Shown: positions 1 through 10,674, counted from the stretch's first letter. The stretch: DNA of 64,000 nt from Candidatus Omnitrophota bacterium (GCA_043800555.1 JAZDMX010000015.1:19218-83217), one strand, 5' to 3'. Program-made: numbers and translations. Notes: generated by a model from the letters alone, not told the origin.

Positions 1-457
1 TGGCGATAACCAATACGCCTGAAGTATCCTTATCCAGGCGATGGACTATTCCCGGACGCTCGGGGTTAATATCGGATAATTCCTTAAAATGAAACAGGAG
101 CGCGTTTACAAGCGTATGCTCGCGGTTACCCGGAGCAGGATGCACAACCAAACCAACCGGTTTATTGATGATTGCTAAATCTTTGTCTTCATAAATAATA
201 TCTAACGGGATATCTTCGGGTTTAAGGCCGGTCTTGACCTTATCCTCCGGCCTGACCTTAATTTCATCAGTCTTTTTGACTTTGTAATGCGCTTTTACAT
301 CGATAGATCCGTTAACGCTGACCCTGCCCTTTGAAATCAATTCTTGTATACAAGTACGGGAAAACCCTAAGTTATGCTTCCCGGAAAACGCGCCGATCAA
401 TAAATCCAGCCGCGCCCCTTGCGCATCATCGGCCACTTTCACTGAATATTCCCGCAT
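1..457 (-). CDS. rluD: 23S rRNA pseudouridine synthase, RluA/RluD family (N-terminal part; C-terminus lies beyond the window edge)
   Basis: My own translation of the reverse strand from the ATG at 455-457 gives MREYSVKVADDAQGARLDLL...IINKPVGLVVHPAPGN...HRLDKDTSGVLVIA. This shows an S4-like N-terminus and the HRLD(K)DTSG catalytic motif of the RluA family. The classic ileS-lspA-(lgt)-rluD neighbourhood supports the call. The ORF is absent from the six-frame track because it runs off the window. Confidence 0.7.
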   Translation of the reverse strand, partial: MREYSVKVADDAQGARLDLLIGAFSGKHNLGFSRTCIQELISKGRVSVNGSIDVKAHYKVKKTDEIKVRPEDKVKTGLKPEDIPLDIIYEDKDLAIINKPVGLVVHPAPGNREHTLVNALLFHFKELSDINPERPGIVHRLDKDTSGVLVIA

Positions 458-460
458 ATT

Positions 461-1216
461 TTAGTTTTTCCTGGTTTTGATAAAAAAAATGGCAAGCCCC
501 GCAATCAGGAATACAAAGATGCTGATAAACTGGAATAAGGTCAAACCCAGGGCCAATACGGGGCTATCGCCCCGCAAGAATTCGATAAAAAATCTTTTTG
601 AAGAATACAATAAGAGGTAGGCAAAAAATATTAAACCGGGCTTATGCCTCCGGGTTTGTAAAAACCTCAGGAATATAAAAATAAAAACCAGCAGCAGCGA
701 AGAATACAACTGCGTAGGAATCAATATTGCGTCAAAGGCGGGAAAATAAACCCCGAACGCCGATTCTTTGCCATAACAACAACCGTTAAAGAAACAACCC
801 AGCCTCCCTATGCTTTGCGCCAAAGCCACAAACGGGACAAGCAAGTCTGCGATCTTATAAACCGGAAGTTTCCTGAGCCTTAAATAGAAGATACCGGAAG
901 ACACCCCTAAGGTTAACCCTCCAAACCAGGCTAAACCGCCCTTCTGGAGCATGATTGTTTCAAGCGGATTTTGGAGGTAATAACCGAGGTTTGAGAAAAC
1001 ATAAAATATACGCGCGCCGATAACTCCGGATACAAAAACAATAAAGCATAAGTTAAAAATTATATCGGGTTCGATTCCCTCCCTTTTGGCTTCGGCGCTG
1101 GCCAAGAGTGTTGCTAGGGTAAAACCGATAACAAGCATAAGGCCGTAGGAATAAATCGTTAAAGGCCCCAGTTTGCAAATTTCCGGATGCATGGCTTTAA
1201 GCTCCTCATGATGCAA
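461..1216 (-). CDS. lgt: prolipoprotein diacylglyceryl transferase
   Basis: It is a polytopic membrane protein carrying the Lgt signature GRLGCFFNGCCYG. It lies next to lspA. The true start may be the internal Met (MHPEICKLGPL..., about position 1192). Confidence 0.9.
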   Translation of the reverse strand: MHHEELKAMHPEICKLGPLTIYSYGLMLVIGFTLATLLASAEAKREGIEPDIIFNLCFIVFVSGVIGARIFYVFSNLGYYLQNPLETIMLQKGGLAWFGGLTLGVSSGIFYLRLRKLPVYKIADLLVPFVALAQSIGRLGCFFNGCCYGKESAFGVYFPAFDAILIPTQLYSSLLLVFIFIFLRFLQTRRHKPGLIFFAYLLLYSSKRFFIEFLRGDSPVLALGLTLFQFISIFVFLIAGLAIFFIKTRKN

Positions 1217-1247
1217 GGATAAAAAACATTAAAAAACTCGATACAGT

Positions 1248-1676
1248 TTACTTTTGCTTTAATATTGTCCAGCCCAACAATACCGCTCCGACGGTTACAG
1301 CGCTATCGGCAACATTAAAAACCGGCCAAATGTAAAAATTCAGGAAATCAATAACATAACCAAAACGAACCCGGTCGATAAGATTCCCCAGGGCGCCTGC
1401 CAGTATAAGGCTCAATGAAACAACGTAATATTTATTATGCCGGTTATCTTTTAGCCCGAAGTAAATTAATACTACCGCGGCGAGGGAAGTAACTATAAAC
1501 AGATAAACCTGATTCTTGAATATGCCAAAGGCTGCTCCGCGGTTATGTATAAGGGATAATCCGAATACGCCCTTAATTACAGGCAAAGTATCGTTAAGTT
1601 GAATTTTAGCGGATACGAAGAATTTACTTATTTGATCCAAAGCAAGGATAGAGAATACGATTACAAAAATAAGCAT
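1248..1676 (-). CDS. lspA: lipoprotein signal peptidase II
   Basis: 142 aa with four transmembrane segments. It carries the conserved NRGAAFG and FNVAD(S) LspA motifs. It sits directly downstream of ileS/dksA-like, which is the canonical ileS-lspA linkage. Confidence 0.9.
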   Translation of the reverse strand: MLIFVIVFSILALDQISKFFVSAKIQLNDTLPVIKGVFGLSLIHNRGAAFGIFKNQVYLFIVTSLAAVVLIYFGLKDNRHNKYYVVSLSLILAGALGNLIDRVRFGYVIDFLNFYIWPVFNVADSAVTVGAVLLGWTILKQK

Positions 1677-1688
1677 AAAACGGGGGGG

Positions 1689-2135
1689 CTACTGCCTCTT
1701 CTCTCTTTTTTCCTGGCATTTAACGCATAGACGGGCCTGCGGCACGGCTTTAAGCCTGGCTTTGGCAATAAGGCGCTTGCAATCTTCGCATATGCCGAAT
1801 GTCCCGTCTTCGGTTTTCTTCAACGCGTCATTTAATTCATACAACGACTTCCTGTCGTTAGAAGCAAGCCCCAGGGAAAATTCACGGTCATAATTATCGG
1901 TAGCGACATCCGCCATATGATAGGTATATCCGGATATGTCTCCTGAAGCGTCTTTTTGGGATTTCTTCAGAGTATCCTCGGATATATGCTTTATCTCCTC
2001 GTTAACCTCGTCTTTTCTCTTTAAAATCACTTTCTTGAATTCGCTTAGCTCTTTTTTGGTAAATTTATTTCTCACGCGCACCTTCTTTCTTATCTGGATT
2101 ATTTTCGTATTTATACCCGCTGGCTTGAACCTCAA
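1689..2135 (-). CDS. DksA/TraR-family C4-type zinc-finger protein
   Basis: The C-terminus reads CEDCKRLIAKARLKAVPQARLCVKCQEKRE, a CxxC-N17-CxxC zinc finger. It is preceded by a coiled-coil-like acidic/basic region typical of the DksA/TraR family. Confidence 0.7.
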   Translation of the reverse strand: MRFKPAGINTKIIQIRKKVRVRNKFTKKELSEFKKVILKRKDEVNEEIKHISEDTLKKSQKDASGDISGYTYHMADVATDNYDREFSLGLASNDRKSLYELNDALKKTEDGTFGICEDCKRLIAKARLKAVPQARLCVKCQEKREKRQ

Positions 2136-2150
2136 AAGAATTACGCATTC

Positions 2151-4988
2151 TTACTTAGCGGGCGCCGGATTATGCCCTTCTACGGCAGCTGCGCACTTAG
2201 CGCAAATCAAAGGATGCTTCACGGATTTGCCTACTTCCGGGCTATAATTCCAGCAACGGGGGCATTTTTCCCCTTCTGCCCCATAAACCTCAATCGCTAT
2301 ATCAGAAGAGGCCCTGCTTTTATCCGGAAAAGACTCAAGGCCCTCAACTTGCTCCACCTCAACCTGGGAAACCTTGAGAATCTCAGGCAGGTCATCCTTC
2401 AAACTTTCTAAGAATTTATACCGTTCTTGATTATTTGTCAATAGTTTTATTTTGACATCAAAGGAACTGCCGATTAAGCCTGCCGCCCTCTTGTCCTCAA
2501 GCAGCTTGGTCGCCGCGGGGATTAATTGAAGAAATATTACCGAGTCAAATAATAATACCGCCGGCTCATGCAGCGGGTGGTCTTTACCGGCTATCGAAAA
2601 GAACTCATCCTTCTGCGGCCAATCCAATAAATGCACGCTGCTGATACTGCTATCGGCCTTGCCCTTAGGCATGCTCTGCCAGATCTCTTGGGCCGTAAAT
2701 GCCAATATCGGCGCCATTACCCTTACTAAAACATTAAGGGTCTCATACAACGCGGTCTGGGCGGCCTTTCTCTCCTTGGACTTCGCCGCGTAGGTATAAA
2801 GCCGGCCTTTTACCATATCCATATAGAACGAGGATAATTCAATATTACAAAAATCGTAGATTACCTGGTATGCCTTATAAAACTCGAACGCCTCGTATGC
2901 TTTTTTAACGGATTCAAGCAATTTATGGGACATGCTGAATAATGCCCATTTATCCAGTTTCTTCAAATCGGCATATTCAACCCTGTCCGTATCCGGGTCG
3001 AAATCGTATAAGTTGCTTAAAATAAACCTCGCCGTATTCCTGACCTTGCGGTAGGCCTCAGACAGGCGCGTCAGCATCTCTTTCGAGATGCGGATATCTT
3101 CGTTGTAGTCGCTGGAGGCGACCCAGAGCCTGACAATATCGGCTCCATAGTCTTTGATAATATCCTGGGGGTGTATGACATTACCCGCAGACTTGGACAT
3201 CTTCCTTCCTTGCCCATCCACAACATGGCCATGAGTCAAAACGCTCTTAAAAGGAGATTTTCCGTCAATACACATAGAAGGGATCAAAGACGACTGGAAC
3301 CAGCCTCGATGCTGGTCAGAACCTTCCAGGTATAATTCGCAAGGGACCCCTTCCAGCTCTTTACGCTTCTTAAGCACTGCTTGCGCGCTTACCCCGGAAT
3401 CAAACCAGACGTCCAGTATATCCGCTCCTTTTATAAACTCGCTCGCCCCGCAGGAACACTTTAGCCCTGACGGAAGAAAATCTTTGACATCCCGCACGAA
3501 CCAGCAGCCTGAACCTTCGCTGGCGGTAAACTCACGGTATTTTTCAATAACCCCGGGCTCCAAGAATTCATTATTGCATTTCTTGCAAATCAATGCGGGT
3601 ATCGGTACGCCCCAGTGCCTCTGGCGGGATATACACCAATCCGGCCTTGACTCAACCATGCTGGATATCCTTTCCCTGCCGGATTCGGGGATAAAACTAA
3701 TGCCGTCTTTGATCTCCTTAAGAAGTTTCTTGCGTAAATCATCGTGGTCAATGCCCAAAAACCACTGGTTGGTCGCCCGGAATATAATCGGGTTCTTGCA
3801 TCTCCAGCAATGCGGGTAGGAATGGGTTATCTTATCGGCTAATAAAAGCAATCCGAGGGATTGCAATTTATCAAGTATCGCCTTATTGGCGTCAAGAACA
3901 TTCATCCCTTGAAATTCCCCGGCGCTTACGTCAAAGTTCCCTTTGGGATCAACGGGCATGACAATCTCTAACTTATATTTTAAACCTGTCAAATAATCGT
4001 CAGCTCCGTGGCCAGGCGCGGTATGGACAAGCCCGCTGCCATCTTCAGCCGAGATATAATTTGCCAGGACGACTTTTCCTTTACGTAAACCGAACGGATG
4101 TTCATAACCCAGGCCTTCAAGCTCTCTACCTTTAAATTCCTTGATTACCTCATATTTCTGAATTCCTAAAGAAGCCAAAACCTGCATCCTGAGGTCGGCA
4201 ACAATTAAATTGCCTTTGTCAGTCTTTAAATACGAATAAACAAAGTCCGGATGGATTGCTACCGCCACGTTGGCGATTAAGGTCCAAGGCGTAGTTGTCC
4301 AAATGACTAAATAGCTGTCTTGCGGGAAATCTTTTGCGGCATCGAGTTTAAATTTAACAAAGGCCGACGCGGAAACATGGTTTTCGTATTCAACTTCCGC
4401 CTCAGCAAGCGCTGTTTCGCACCTGAAACACCAGTTAACCGGCTTTAGGCCCCGGTAAATATAACCCTTACGCACCAGTTCAAGGAGCGATCTGACTATA
4501 CCCTCTTCATATTCATGGCTTAAAGTCAAATATGGATTATCCCAGTCCCCAAAAACACCCAAGCGCTTAAATTCCTTTTTCTGGATACCCACATATTGCA
4601 TAGCGTAGTCATGGGCTTTTTTACGGAATTCAACCTGGCCGATCTGAGACTTATTCATTTTGAGCTCTTTAAGGAGCGCGTGCTCCACCGGCAACCCATG
4701 GCAATCCCAACCGGGGACATAAGGAGCGTTAAAGCCCCGCATAGTTTTATATTTTATGATTATGTCTTTCAGGGTCTTATTCAAAGCGTGGCCGATATGG
4801 ATATTCCCGTTAGCATAAGGAGGGCCGTCATGAAGGACGTATTTCGGTTTACCGCTTGAATTCTTGCGGATAAGCCCGTAAAGGCCGGCGTCCTCCCACT
4901 CTTTCAAGAAGAGCGGCTCTCTTGTAGGTAAACCCGCCTTCATGGGAAAATCGGTTTTGGGTAAATTTAAAGTCGGCTTATAGTCCAT
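2151..4988 (-). CDS. ileS: isoleucyl-tRNA synthetase
   Basis: 945 aa. It carries the class I HIGH motif ([15 protein letters not shown]) and KMSKS. The C-terminus is a zinc-binding module CxxC...CxxC. Length and architecture fit IleS. Confidence 0.97.
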   Translation of the reverse strand: MDYKPTLNLPKTDFPMKAGLPTREPLFLKEWEDAGLYGLIRKNSSGKPKYVLHDGPPYANGNIHIGHALNKTLKDIIIKYKTMRGFNAPYVPGWDCHGLPVEHALLKELKMNKSQIGQVEFRKKAHDYAMQYVGIQKKEFKRLGVFGDWDNPYLTLSHEYEEGIVRSLLELVRKGYIYRGLKPVNWCFRCETALAEAEVEYENHVSASAFVKFKLDAAKDFPQDSYLVIWTTTPWTLIANVAVAIHPDFVYSYLKTDKGNLIVADLRMQVLASLGIQKYEVIKEFKGRELEGLGYEHPFGLRKGKVVLANYISAEDGSGLVHTAPGHGADDYLTGLKYKLEIVMPVDPKGNFDVSAGEFQGMNVLDANKAILDKLQSLGLLLLADKITHSYPHCWRCKNPIIFRATNQWFLGIDHDDLRKKLLKEIKDGISFIPESGRERISSMVESRPDWCISRQRHWGVPIPALICKKCNNEFLEPGVIEKYREFTASEGSGCWFVRDVKDFLPSGLKCSCGASEFIKGADILDVWFDSGVSAQAVLKKRKELEGVPCELYLEGSDQHRGWFQSSLIPSMCIDGKSPFKSVLTHGHVVDGQGRKMSKSAGNVIHPQDIIKDYGADIVRLWVASSDYNEDIRISKEMLTRLSEAYRKVRNTARFILSNLYDFDPDTDRVEYADLKKLDKWALFSMSHKLLESVKKAYEAFEFYKAYQVIYDFCNIELSSFYMDMVKGRLYTYAAKSKERKAAQTALYETLNVLVRVMAPILAFTAQEIWQSMPKGKADSSISSVHLLDWPQKDEFFSIAGKDHPLHEPAVLLFDSVIFLQLIPAATKLLEDKRAAGLIGSSFDVKIKLLTNNQERYKFLESLKDDLPEILKVSQVEVEQVEGLESFPDKSRASSDIAIEVYGAEGEKCPRCWNYSPEVGKSVKHPLICAKCAAAVEGHNPAPAK

Positions 4989-5059
4989 CTTGAGTTTATT
5001 GAGTTATAAAATTCGGGGTCCGGGGATCCCTATAAACCCCGCGGGCTCAAAGAGCCGCA

Positions 5060-5920
5060 TTAGCTGATATACTTTCCGATTATAATACTCAAATCTTTCT
5101 TAATCTGTGCGGGGATAAGGCTTCTATCCGAAACAATCGCGTATTTAAGCGATTCGCAACACCGGCAGGGGCTTTTCCCGGAGATACCTTTTATTACCGA
5201 ACTTAAGATTTTCTTGGAGTTTTCTATATTTTTATTCAGATTATCAAGAATCATTTCGATGGTAACGGATTCATGCTGGGGATGCCAGCAATCATAATCC
5301 GTAACCGCCGTTAGCGAGGCATAACAAATTTCTGCTTCCCGGGCCAATTTTGCCTCCGCAAAATTAGTCATACCGATAACATCCATCCCCCAGCTGCGGT
5401 ATAATTGCGATTCGGCCAAAGTCGAAAACGCCGGGCCTTCCATATTTATATAGGTCCCTTTGGGATGAATATTCATATTCAATGACTTCCCGGCATCATA
5501 AATAAGCTTGCTTAAACAGGAACAAACCGGATGCGATAATCCAATATGCGCCACTATTGCCTCGGTGAAGAAAGACATTGCCCGGGCCTGGTTGGTCCTG
5601 TCCACAAATTGGTCAACTACCACAAAATCCAAAGGTTTAAACTCTTCTTTAAGGCTCCCGCAGGCGCTAACCGAAATTATTTTATCCACGCCCAATTTCT
5701 TCATTCCAAAAATGTTGGCGCGGTAATTTATGCAGCTGGGCGAAATGCGGTGCCCGACTCCGTGCCGCGGCAGGAATACCACTTCTTTAGACTCTAATTC
5801 ACCCAGGATAAACTTATCGGAAGGCCTCCCGAAAGGCGTATTTACCGAAACCTCTTTTATGTTCTTGATTCCTTCGATTTTATACAATCCGCTGCCGCCG
5901 ATAATCCCTATTTTAGGCAT
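5060..5920 (-). CDS. mtnP: S-methyl-5'-thioadenosine phosphorylase (PNP family I)
   Basis: The N-terminus MPKIGIIGGSGLY...FLPRHGVGHRISP is typical of MTAP/purine-nucleoside phosphorylases. Confidence 0.8.
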   Translation of the reverse strand: MPKIGIIGGSGLYKIEGIKNIKEVSVNTPFGRPSDKFILGELESKEVVFLPRHGVGHRISPSCINYRANIFGMKKLGVDKIISVSACGSLKEEFKPLDFVVVDQFVDRTNQARAMSFFTEAIVAHIGLSHPVCSCLSKLIYDAGKSLNMNIHPKGTYINMEGPAFSTLAESQLYRSWGMDVIGMTNFAEAKLAREAEICYASLTAVTDYDCWHPQHESVTIEMILDNLNKNIENSKKILSSVIKGISGKSPCRCCESLKYAIVSDRSLIPAQIKKDLSIIIGKYIS

Positions 5921-6771
5921 CTTTTGTATCCCCCGGCTAATTCCTCAGCCCTCTTTAATGCGGCTTTTGCCGCGTCTGTCCAAGTGCCGCCTTTGGTCAA
6001 AATATCCAAAGCTGCTTCGGTGGTGCCGCCTTTTGAAGTGACTTGTTTCCTTAACTCCGGCGCGGGCAATTTTGTTTTACGCAATAAACTTATGGACGCA
6101 TTCACTGTATTGGCCGCCAAAAACGCCGCATCCTCAACAGAAAAGCCCAGCTCCTCGGCTGCTTTCTCAAGCCTGCGCATCATATCGTGCCGGGCATGTT
6201 CCGGTATATTTTCAGGGTCGAGCGAATTATTTTCCACAAAATAAAACACATATGCCGGGCCGCTTCCGGAGATTGCGGTAGCCGCGTTCATCATGTCCTC
6301 ATCAATGACCCTGGTCGGGCCAAGATAATAAAATAATTCCTGGGCCAATTCTAAGTCTTCTCCTGTTGCCAACGCCCCCTGGCATAGGCAAGACACGGAT
6401 TCGCTTATTTTAGCTCCTATATTCGGCATAATCCGGATGACCCGGGCCGCGCCAAGAATACTCTCAATATATTTTGTGCTGATGCCGGCAGCTATAGAAA
6501 GAATCAATTTATTGTTGACGCAGCCTTTTATCTCTTTTAAGACATGGGTAAAATCCTGCGGCTTAACAGCCAGGATTATTATACCGGCCCTTTCGGCTAA
6601 ATCCTTTACATCTTGAGCAACGCTTATACCTGAAGAAACATTAAGTTTGCTCTTATCCTTATCAAAAACAAAAATATTCAATTCGTTATTTTGCGCAACC
6701 AGATTCCGGGCGATCACCTGCCCCATCGTCCCGTAACCGATAATGCCAATCTTTTCAGGCGTATCTATCAT
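5908..6771 (-). CDS. proC: pyrroline-5-carboxylate reductase
   Basis: It has an N-terminal Rossmann segment IGIIGYGTMGQ and a C-terminal dimerisation domain containing SKGGTTEAAL, which is the ProC signature. Confidence 0.9.
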   Translation of the reverse strand: MIDTPEKIGIIGYGTMGQVIARNLVAQNNELNIFVFDKDKSKLNVSSGISVAQDVKDLAERAGIIILAVKPQDFTHVLKEIKGCVNNKLILSIAAGISTKYIESILGAARVIRIMPNIGAKISESVSCLCQGALATGEDLELAQELFYYLGPTRVIDEDMMNAATAISGSGPAYVFYFVENNSLDPENIPEHARHDMMRRLEKAAEELGFSVEDAAFLAANTVNASISLLRKTKLPAPELRKQVTSKGGTTEAALDILTKGGTWTDAAKAALKRAEELAGGYKRCLK

Positions 6772-7448
6772 AATCCCCCCTGGAAAATGGCCCTTCCTAT
6801 CCTAATTACATTCGAGCCTTCTTCTACCGCTATTTCAAAATCATCGCTCATACCCATAGACAAAATAAACGACGGATCAATTTTACCGCGTAATTGGCTT
6901 AACTCCCTAAAATACTTCCGGGCTTCTTCCGGATTATCTACAGCCGGGGCAATAGTCATTAACCCCTGGACATTTACGTTTTTAAATTTAGCCGCCGCTT
7001 TTATGACTCCGGCTGCCTGAAGCGGCTCTATGCCAGATTTTGTTGCCTCGGGAGAAGTTTTTACTTCCACCAATATATCCTGGATTTTATTTATTCTGGC
7101 TGCCTGTTTATCTATCTCTTCGATAAGGCGCAAGCTATCCACCGAATGGATCAAATCAAAGATCCTGACCGCTTCTTTTACCTTATTGGCCTGTAAGTGG
7201 CCAACCATATGCCACTTTATAGCTAGTGGCTGATGGCTAGTAGCTGATAGTTCCCTATGTTTAACAACAGCTTCCTTAACCCTATTTTCGCCAAAATCAG
7301 TTATTCCGGCAAAGATAGCTTCTTTTATCTGCTCAATGCTGCGGTTTTTGCTCACAGCAACCAGCTTTACAGCGGCTGGATCCAGCTTTACCCTCAAGCA
7401 AGCAGCCTGGATGCGTCTTCTGGCCTCCAAAACATTATCCTTAATCAT
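6768..7448 (-). CDS. yggS: YggS-family pyridoxal-phosphate homeostasis protein
   Basis: 226 aa with an alanine-racemase N-terminal-like barrel. VAVSKNRSIEQI contains the PLP-binding lysine and FGENRVKE follows. This protein is typically encoded just downstream of ftsZ in dcw regions. Confidence 0.85.
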   Translation of the reverse strand: MIKDNVLEARRRIQAACLRVKLDPAAVKLVAVSKNRSIEQIKEAIFAGITDFGENRVKEAVVKHRELSATSHQPLAIKWHMVGHLQANKVKEAVRIFDLIHSVDSLRLIEEIDKQAARINKIQDILVEVKTSPEATKSGIEPLQAAGVIKAAAKFKNVNVQGLMTIAPAVDNPEEARKYFRELSQLRGKIDPSFILSMGMSDDFEIAVEEGSNVIRIGRAIFQGGL

Positions 7449-7459
7449 TCGAATAAAAT

Positions 7460-7487
7460 ATTATACCTCATAAAAAACCTAGGTCAA
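7460..7487 (-). promoter_or_regulatory. sigma-70 type promoter for yggS: -35 TTGACC, 16-nt spacer, -10 TATAAT
   Basis: The minus-strand sequence reads TTGACCtaggttttttatgaggTATAATattttattcgaATG(yggS). Both hexamers are near-consensus and the leader is very short. Confidence 0.6.
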
Positions 7488-7592
7488 CCAAATTCCCCGG
7501 CCTTGCATTAGCAAGATAAAAAGTCTTATCCCCGGCAATTTAAGAATGCCCTATTTTTGGTTTTTTAAAAGAGCGAAAGATGGAGACGTTTC

Positions 7593-7665
7593 GAAAAAAA
7601 AGGGGGACGCTTCTACTTTTCTCGGGATAAACTTGGAAAAGTAGAAGCGTCCCCCTTTTTTCGTC
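7593..7665. terminator. long perfect hairpin flanked by an A-run and a T-run; bidirectional intrinsic terminator 4 nt after the ftsA stop
   Basis: Sequence: aaaaaaaGGGGGACGCTTCTACTTTTC-(tcgggataaactt)-GGAAAAGTAGAAGCGTCCCCCtttttt. The stem is about 26 bp with a U-tract on both strands. It is nearly identical to the hairpin at 24118-24194. Confidence 0.8.
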
Positions 7666-7669
7666 GCGG

Positions 7670-8923
7670 TTAAAAATACTCCTGGTATACTTCTTTGACC
7701 CGGTTGATAGCTTTCAGAAAAAGGTTTTTGGCAGGTTGATGCGAAGGCAGGACCCCCAAAGGCTTAGCCTCCAAGGCTTCGCAAAGCATTCCGATACAAG
7801 TCAAGTAAGTTAAATACTTTTGGCCGGACAATTCATCATTCTCTTTAATTAACGAAATTATTTCAAGGTTGGTAATCCGCCCGAGTTTAACCGGTATCAC
7901 CAATGTGTTTTCTAAAGTCTCGATAAAGCCTTCTATGAGAATAGTCCTGCCGGTAACTACAAAATTATCTATGTCATAAAACGAAACCTTGCTTTCAACG
8001 GCTTCTTTGATTTTAGCGCAAATTCTTTTGGCCGAAGAAGTAACTACTTCGGCTACCAGTTTTTGTTTTATGGGTTTATAGAACTCGCTTCTTTTGACCA
8101 AGATTTCCTTATCTTCGCCTATCTCATTTATTCCGCCGATAATACCGTAGGACCTTTTAACGTCCTCGGCTAAATCAAAATTGACCTTCAAGGCATCGGA
8201 TAACTCCCCGGTTAAATCATCCCCGCCAAAAGCAAGGACCTGTATATCCTGAAGCAAGCCGTCCTTAAAAATGAGGATCTCGGTTGTATCGCTTCCTATA
8301 TCACAAAATAAATTCAGGCCATCCCTGGACTGCTGGTTAAAAACCGCCTTGCTGGTGGCCAGGCCCGAAAAAGAAACATCCTTTATCTCATAGCCCGCAT
8401 GGTTAATCACGCGGGCAAGGCTCTGCACTGAAGATAATTTGCCGCAGACTAAATACAACTCAACTTCAAGCCTGTGGCTGTAAAGGCCAAGAGGGTTATT
8501 AATATTACTTTTTGAATCTATAGCGTAACTTGAAGGGATCATGTGGATTATTTCCTCTTCCAGGCTGGAACCCAGGACACGCGCCTGCTCATTGACCTTT
8601 TGCATATCCGAAACAGTAATTACTTTGTTCCCTCTTTCGGCCAAAGGAATAATCGCGCGGGAACGCTTAGTGATAATATCTTGCCCCGATATGTTTACCG
8701 AAATAAACTTGATATTAACCCCGGATCTTGCCTTAAGGTTCTTAAGCACTTTGCTGACCGATCCGATAAGGCCTATGGAATCGACAACCGCCCCTTCCCG
8801 CATCCCTTTAACAGGCAGGGTTTCAAAATAAATACTGCTTAGGCGCTTTTTCTTAGAAAGCGCAACACAGGCAGAAACCTTGCTTGAGCCTATATCCAGC
8901 GTACAAATGTAATTATTCAACAT
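7670..8923 (-). CDS. ftsA: cell division protein FtsA (actin-like ATPase)
   Basis: 417 aa. The N-terminal phosphate-1 motif is LDIGSSKV. The GGDDLT/DIGSDTT actin-fold motifs are present. It sits in the canonical position after ftsQ. Confidence 0.9.
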   Translation of the reverse strand: MLNNYICTLDIGSSKVSACVALSKKKRLSSIYFETLPVKGMREGAVVDSIGLIGSVSKVLKNLKARSGVNIKFISVNISGQDIITKRSRAIIPLAERGNKVITVSDMQKVNEQARVLGSSLEEEIIHMIPSSYAIDSKSNINNPLGLYSHRLEVELYLVCGKLSSVQSLARVINHAGYEIKDVSFSGLATSKAVFNQQSRDGLNLFCDIGSDTTEILIFKDGLLQDIQVLAFGGDDLTGELSDALKVNFDLAEDVKRSYGIIGGINEIGEDKEILVKRSEFYKPIKQKLVAEVVTSSAKRICAKIKEAVESKVSFYDIDNFVVTGRTILIEGFIETLENTLVIPVKLGRITNLEIISLIKENDELSGQKYLTYLTCIGMLCEALEAKPLGVLPSHQPAKNLFLKAINRVKEVYQEYF

Positions 8924-8930
8924 ATGGGTT

Positions 8931-9752
8931 TTATTTTCGCGCTCTATCTTCTTTAAACTTTATAACCGGTTCATTAAACCTGAGATCTATATATTTGATG
9001 TTACTGATATTCTGTTTCTCCTGGTTTATAAGCCCGCTCATAATCGCTACCTTATCGCTGATATTGCCTTGCCCGATTTTAACTTCCAAAAATTCTATTT
9101 TTCCCGGGGCCTTCCAGCCAGAATAAACGGGCTGGGCTTGAGAAATAGGAATTTGAACCGTAATATCATTTATCCCCGCGATATTTATTTTCTGAATCCT
9201 GTAATTCTTAAACACGGGGTTCCGGGCAGTTTCTTTAAGGATCGATAAAGCGACGGATAGCTCCCTATTTTCATACTTAGTCCCGGGCTTAGGCCCAAAA
9301 ATCCGGGTCTCCAGGCCCGTGATTACCGGCAGATTTGGCTGAACGCCGGATAAATTTGGGTCTTCCGGTTGAATTAAGCTGGAAAATATATAGCCGTCTT
9401 CATCAACCGCAAAATAACGGTAGAGTTTTATGAAAGCGATGGGCTTACGCTTGATAAGCTCGACAAAAATACGGTTAGGTATGACCCGGGCAATCCGGAT
9501 ATGCGAGCAATCAGGGCAGGCCCTGGAGATGGCCGCGGCCTCTTTCGGCAAGTTAAGGCTGAATATATTCCTGCCCTTTAGATAAGAAAGATCGACATTC
9601 AAAGCTTCTTTGCTTAGTATATCTTTAACCTGAAAATATTCCGAAGCCGTAATGACCCTCCAAATATATCCCAGAATAATGCACAAGGCAAGAAGAATTA
9701 TAAAAACAAGCGCCAGCGGCTTTGCCGGAAAATTACTTTTTCGTTTTCTCAT
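8931..9752 (-). CDS. ftsQ: cell division protein FtsQ/DivIB (POTRA domain)
   Basis: The N-terminal cytoplasmic tail is basic. A single transmembrane segment (LALVFIILLALCIILGYIW) is followed by a periplasmic POTRA-like region. It occupies the position between ddl and ftsA. Confidence 0.75.
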   Translation of the reverse strand: MRKRKSNFPAKPLALVFIILLALCIILGYIWRVITASEYFQVKDILSKEALNVDLSYLKGRNIFSLNLPKEAAAISRACPDCSHIRIARVIPNRIFVELIKRKPIAFIKLYRYFAVDEDGYIFSSLIQPEDPNLSGVQPNLPVITGLETRIFGPKPGTKYENRELSVALSILKETARNPVFKNYRIQKINIAGINDITVQIPISQAQPVYSGWKAPGKIEFLEVKIGQGNISDKVAIMSGLINQEKQNISNIKYIDLRFNEPVIKFKEDRARK

Positions 9753-10674
9753 AAGCTAACCTGATTAACCTAAGGCACAAAGACGTAAAATCAATGCCGA
9801 TTTCCCGGGCAGCCTTAGGTAAAAGGCTTGTTTCGGTAAAACCGGGTATAGTATTTACTTCCAGAATAAACGGCTCATCATTATGGCCTAAAATAATATC
9901 AACTCTGGAGCAGCCAAAGCAGCCCAACAGTTTATGCGCGGATAACGCCGCTTTTTTGACACGCGAAGAAACAAACGGGCTAACTTTTGCCGGCACGATA
10001 TAGTCCGTCAATCCCTTTTTATATTTAGCCTGATAGTCAAAAAACCGATGCTTGGGGATAATTTCGATTACGGGCATGGCTTTTTCTTCCAGGATCCCGA
10101 CGGTCAGCTCCCTTCCTTTTATGTACTCTTCGATAATTATTCTTTTATCGAATTTGAAAGCCCGATTTATTGCTTCCGGGAGGTCATTTGGCCTGCTGAC
10201 TATGGAAAGGCCGATGCTAGAGCCATGCGTAGCCGGCTTAACCACCAGCGGAAAACCCAAATGAGCTAATTTCCCCGCATTACAAAAGCCTTTTTTAAAT
10301 ACCTTAAAACGCGGGACATTTAATCCGTGCCTTTGGAATATCCCACGCGAAGCGATCTTATCCATTGCCAGACGGCTTGCCTTAACCCCCGAGCCCGTGT
10401 AAGGGATATTAAGCATTTGCAGTATTTTCTGGATACCGCCGTCTTCCCCGAACCTGCCGTGAAGCGCGATAAAAGCGCAATCTATTTTCTTAAGCCTCAA
10501 CAAACGGATATTATCTTCTAGATTATCGGTTTTGATGACTACCGCGGCGGCGTTGAATCCGCGCTTTTTAAGCGCTTCGCAAACCGCATGGCCCGACTTA
10601 AGAGAAACATTCTTCTCGGTAGAAGGCCCGGCCATTAAAACGCCTACTCTGCCAAATTTGTTTTTCATTTCCAT
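9733..10674 (-). CDS. ddl: D-alanine--D-alanine ligase
   Basis: ATP-grasp enzyme. It shows the GGxSxEHEVS-like N-terminus (GPSTEKNVSLKSG) and a C-terminal ELNTIPGFT motif typical of Ddl. Confidence 0.93.
   Translation of the reverse strand: MEMKNKFGRVGVLMAGPSTEKNVSLKSGHAVCEALKKRGFNAAAVVIKTDNLEDNIRLLRLKKIDCAFIALHGRFGEDGGIQKILQMLNIPYTGSGVKASRLAMDKIASRGIFQRHGLNVPRFKVFKKGFCNAGKLAHLGFPLVVKPATHGSSIGLSIVSRPNDLPEAINRAFKFDKRIIIEEYIKGRELTVGILEEKAMPVIEIIPKHRFFDYQAKYKKGLTDYIVPAKVSPFVSSRVKKAALSAHKLLGCFGCSRVDIILGHNDEPFILEVNTIPGFTETSLLPKAAREIGIDFTSLCLRLIRLAYEKTKK

Noticed and set aside
3588-3815. Two occurrences of caatgcgggta inside ileS resembling the intergenic palindrome core
   Set aside because: They encode conserved IleS peptides ([10 protein letters not shown] and YPHCWRC) on the opposite strand. 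They lack the TTCCAA/TTGGAA arms, so the match is coincidental.
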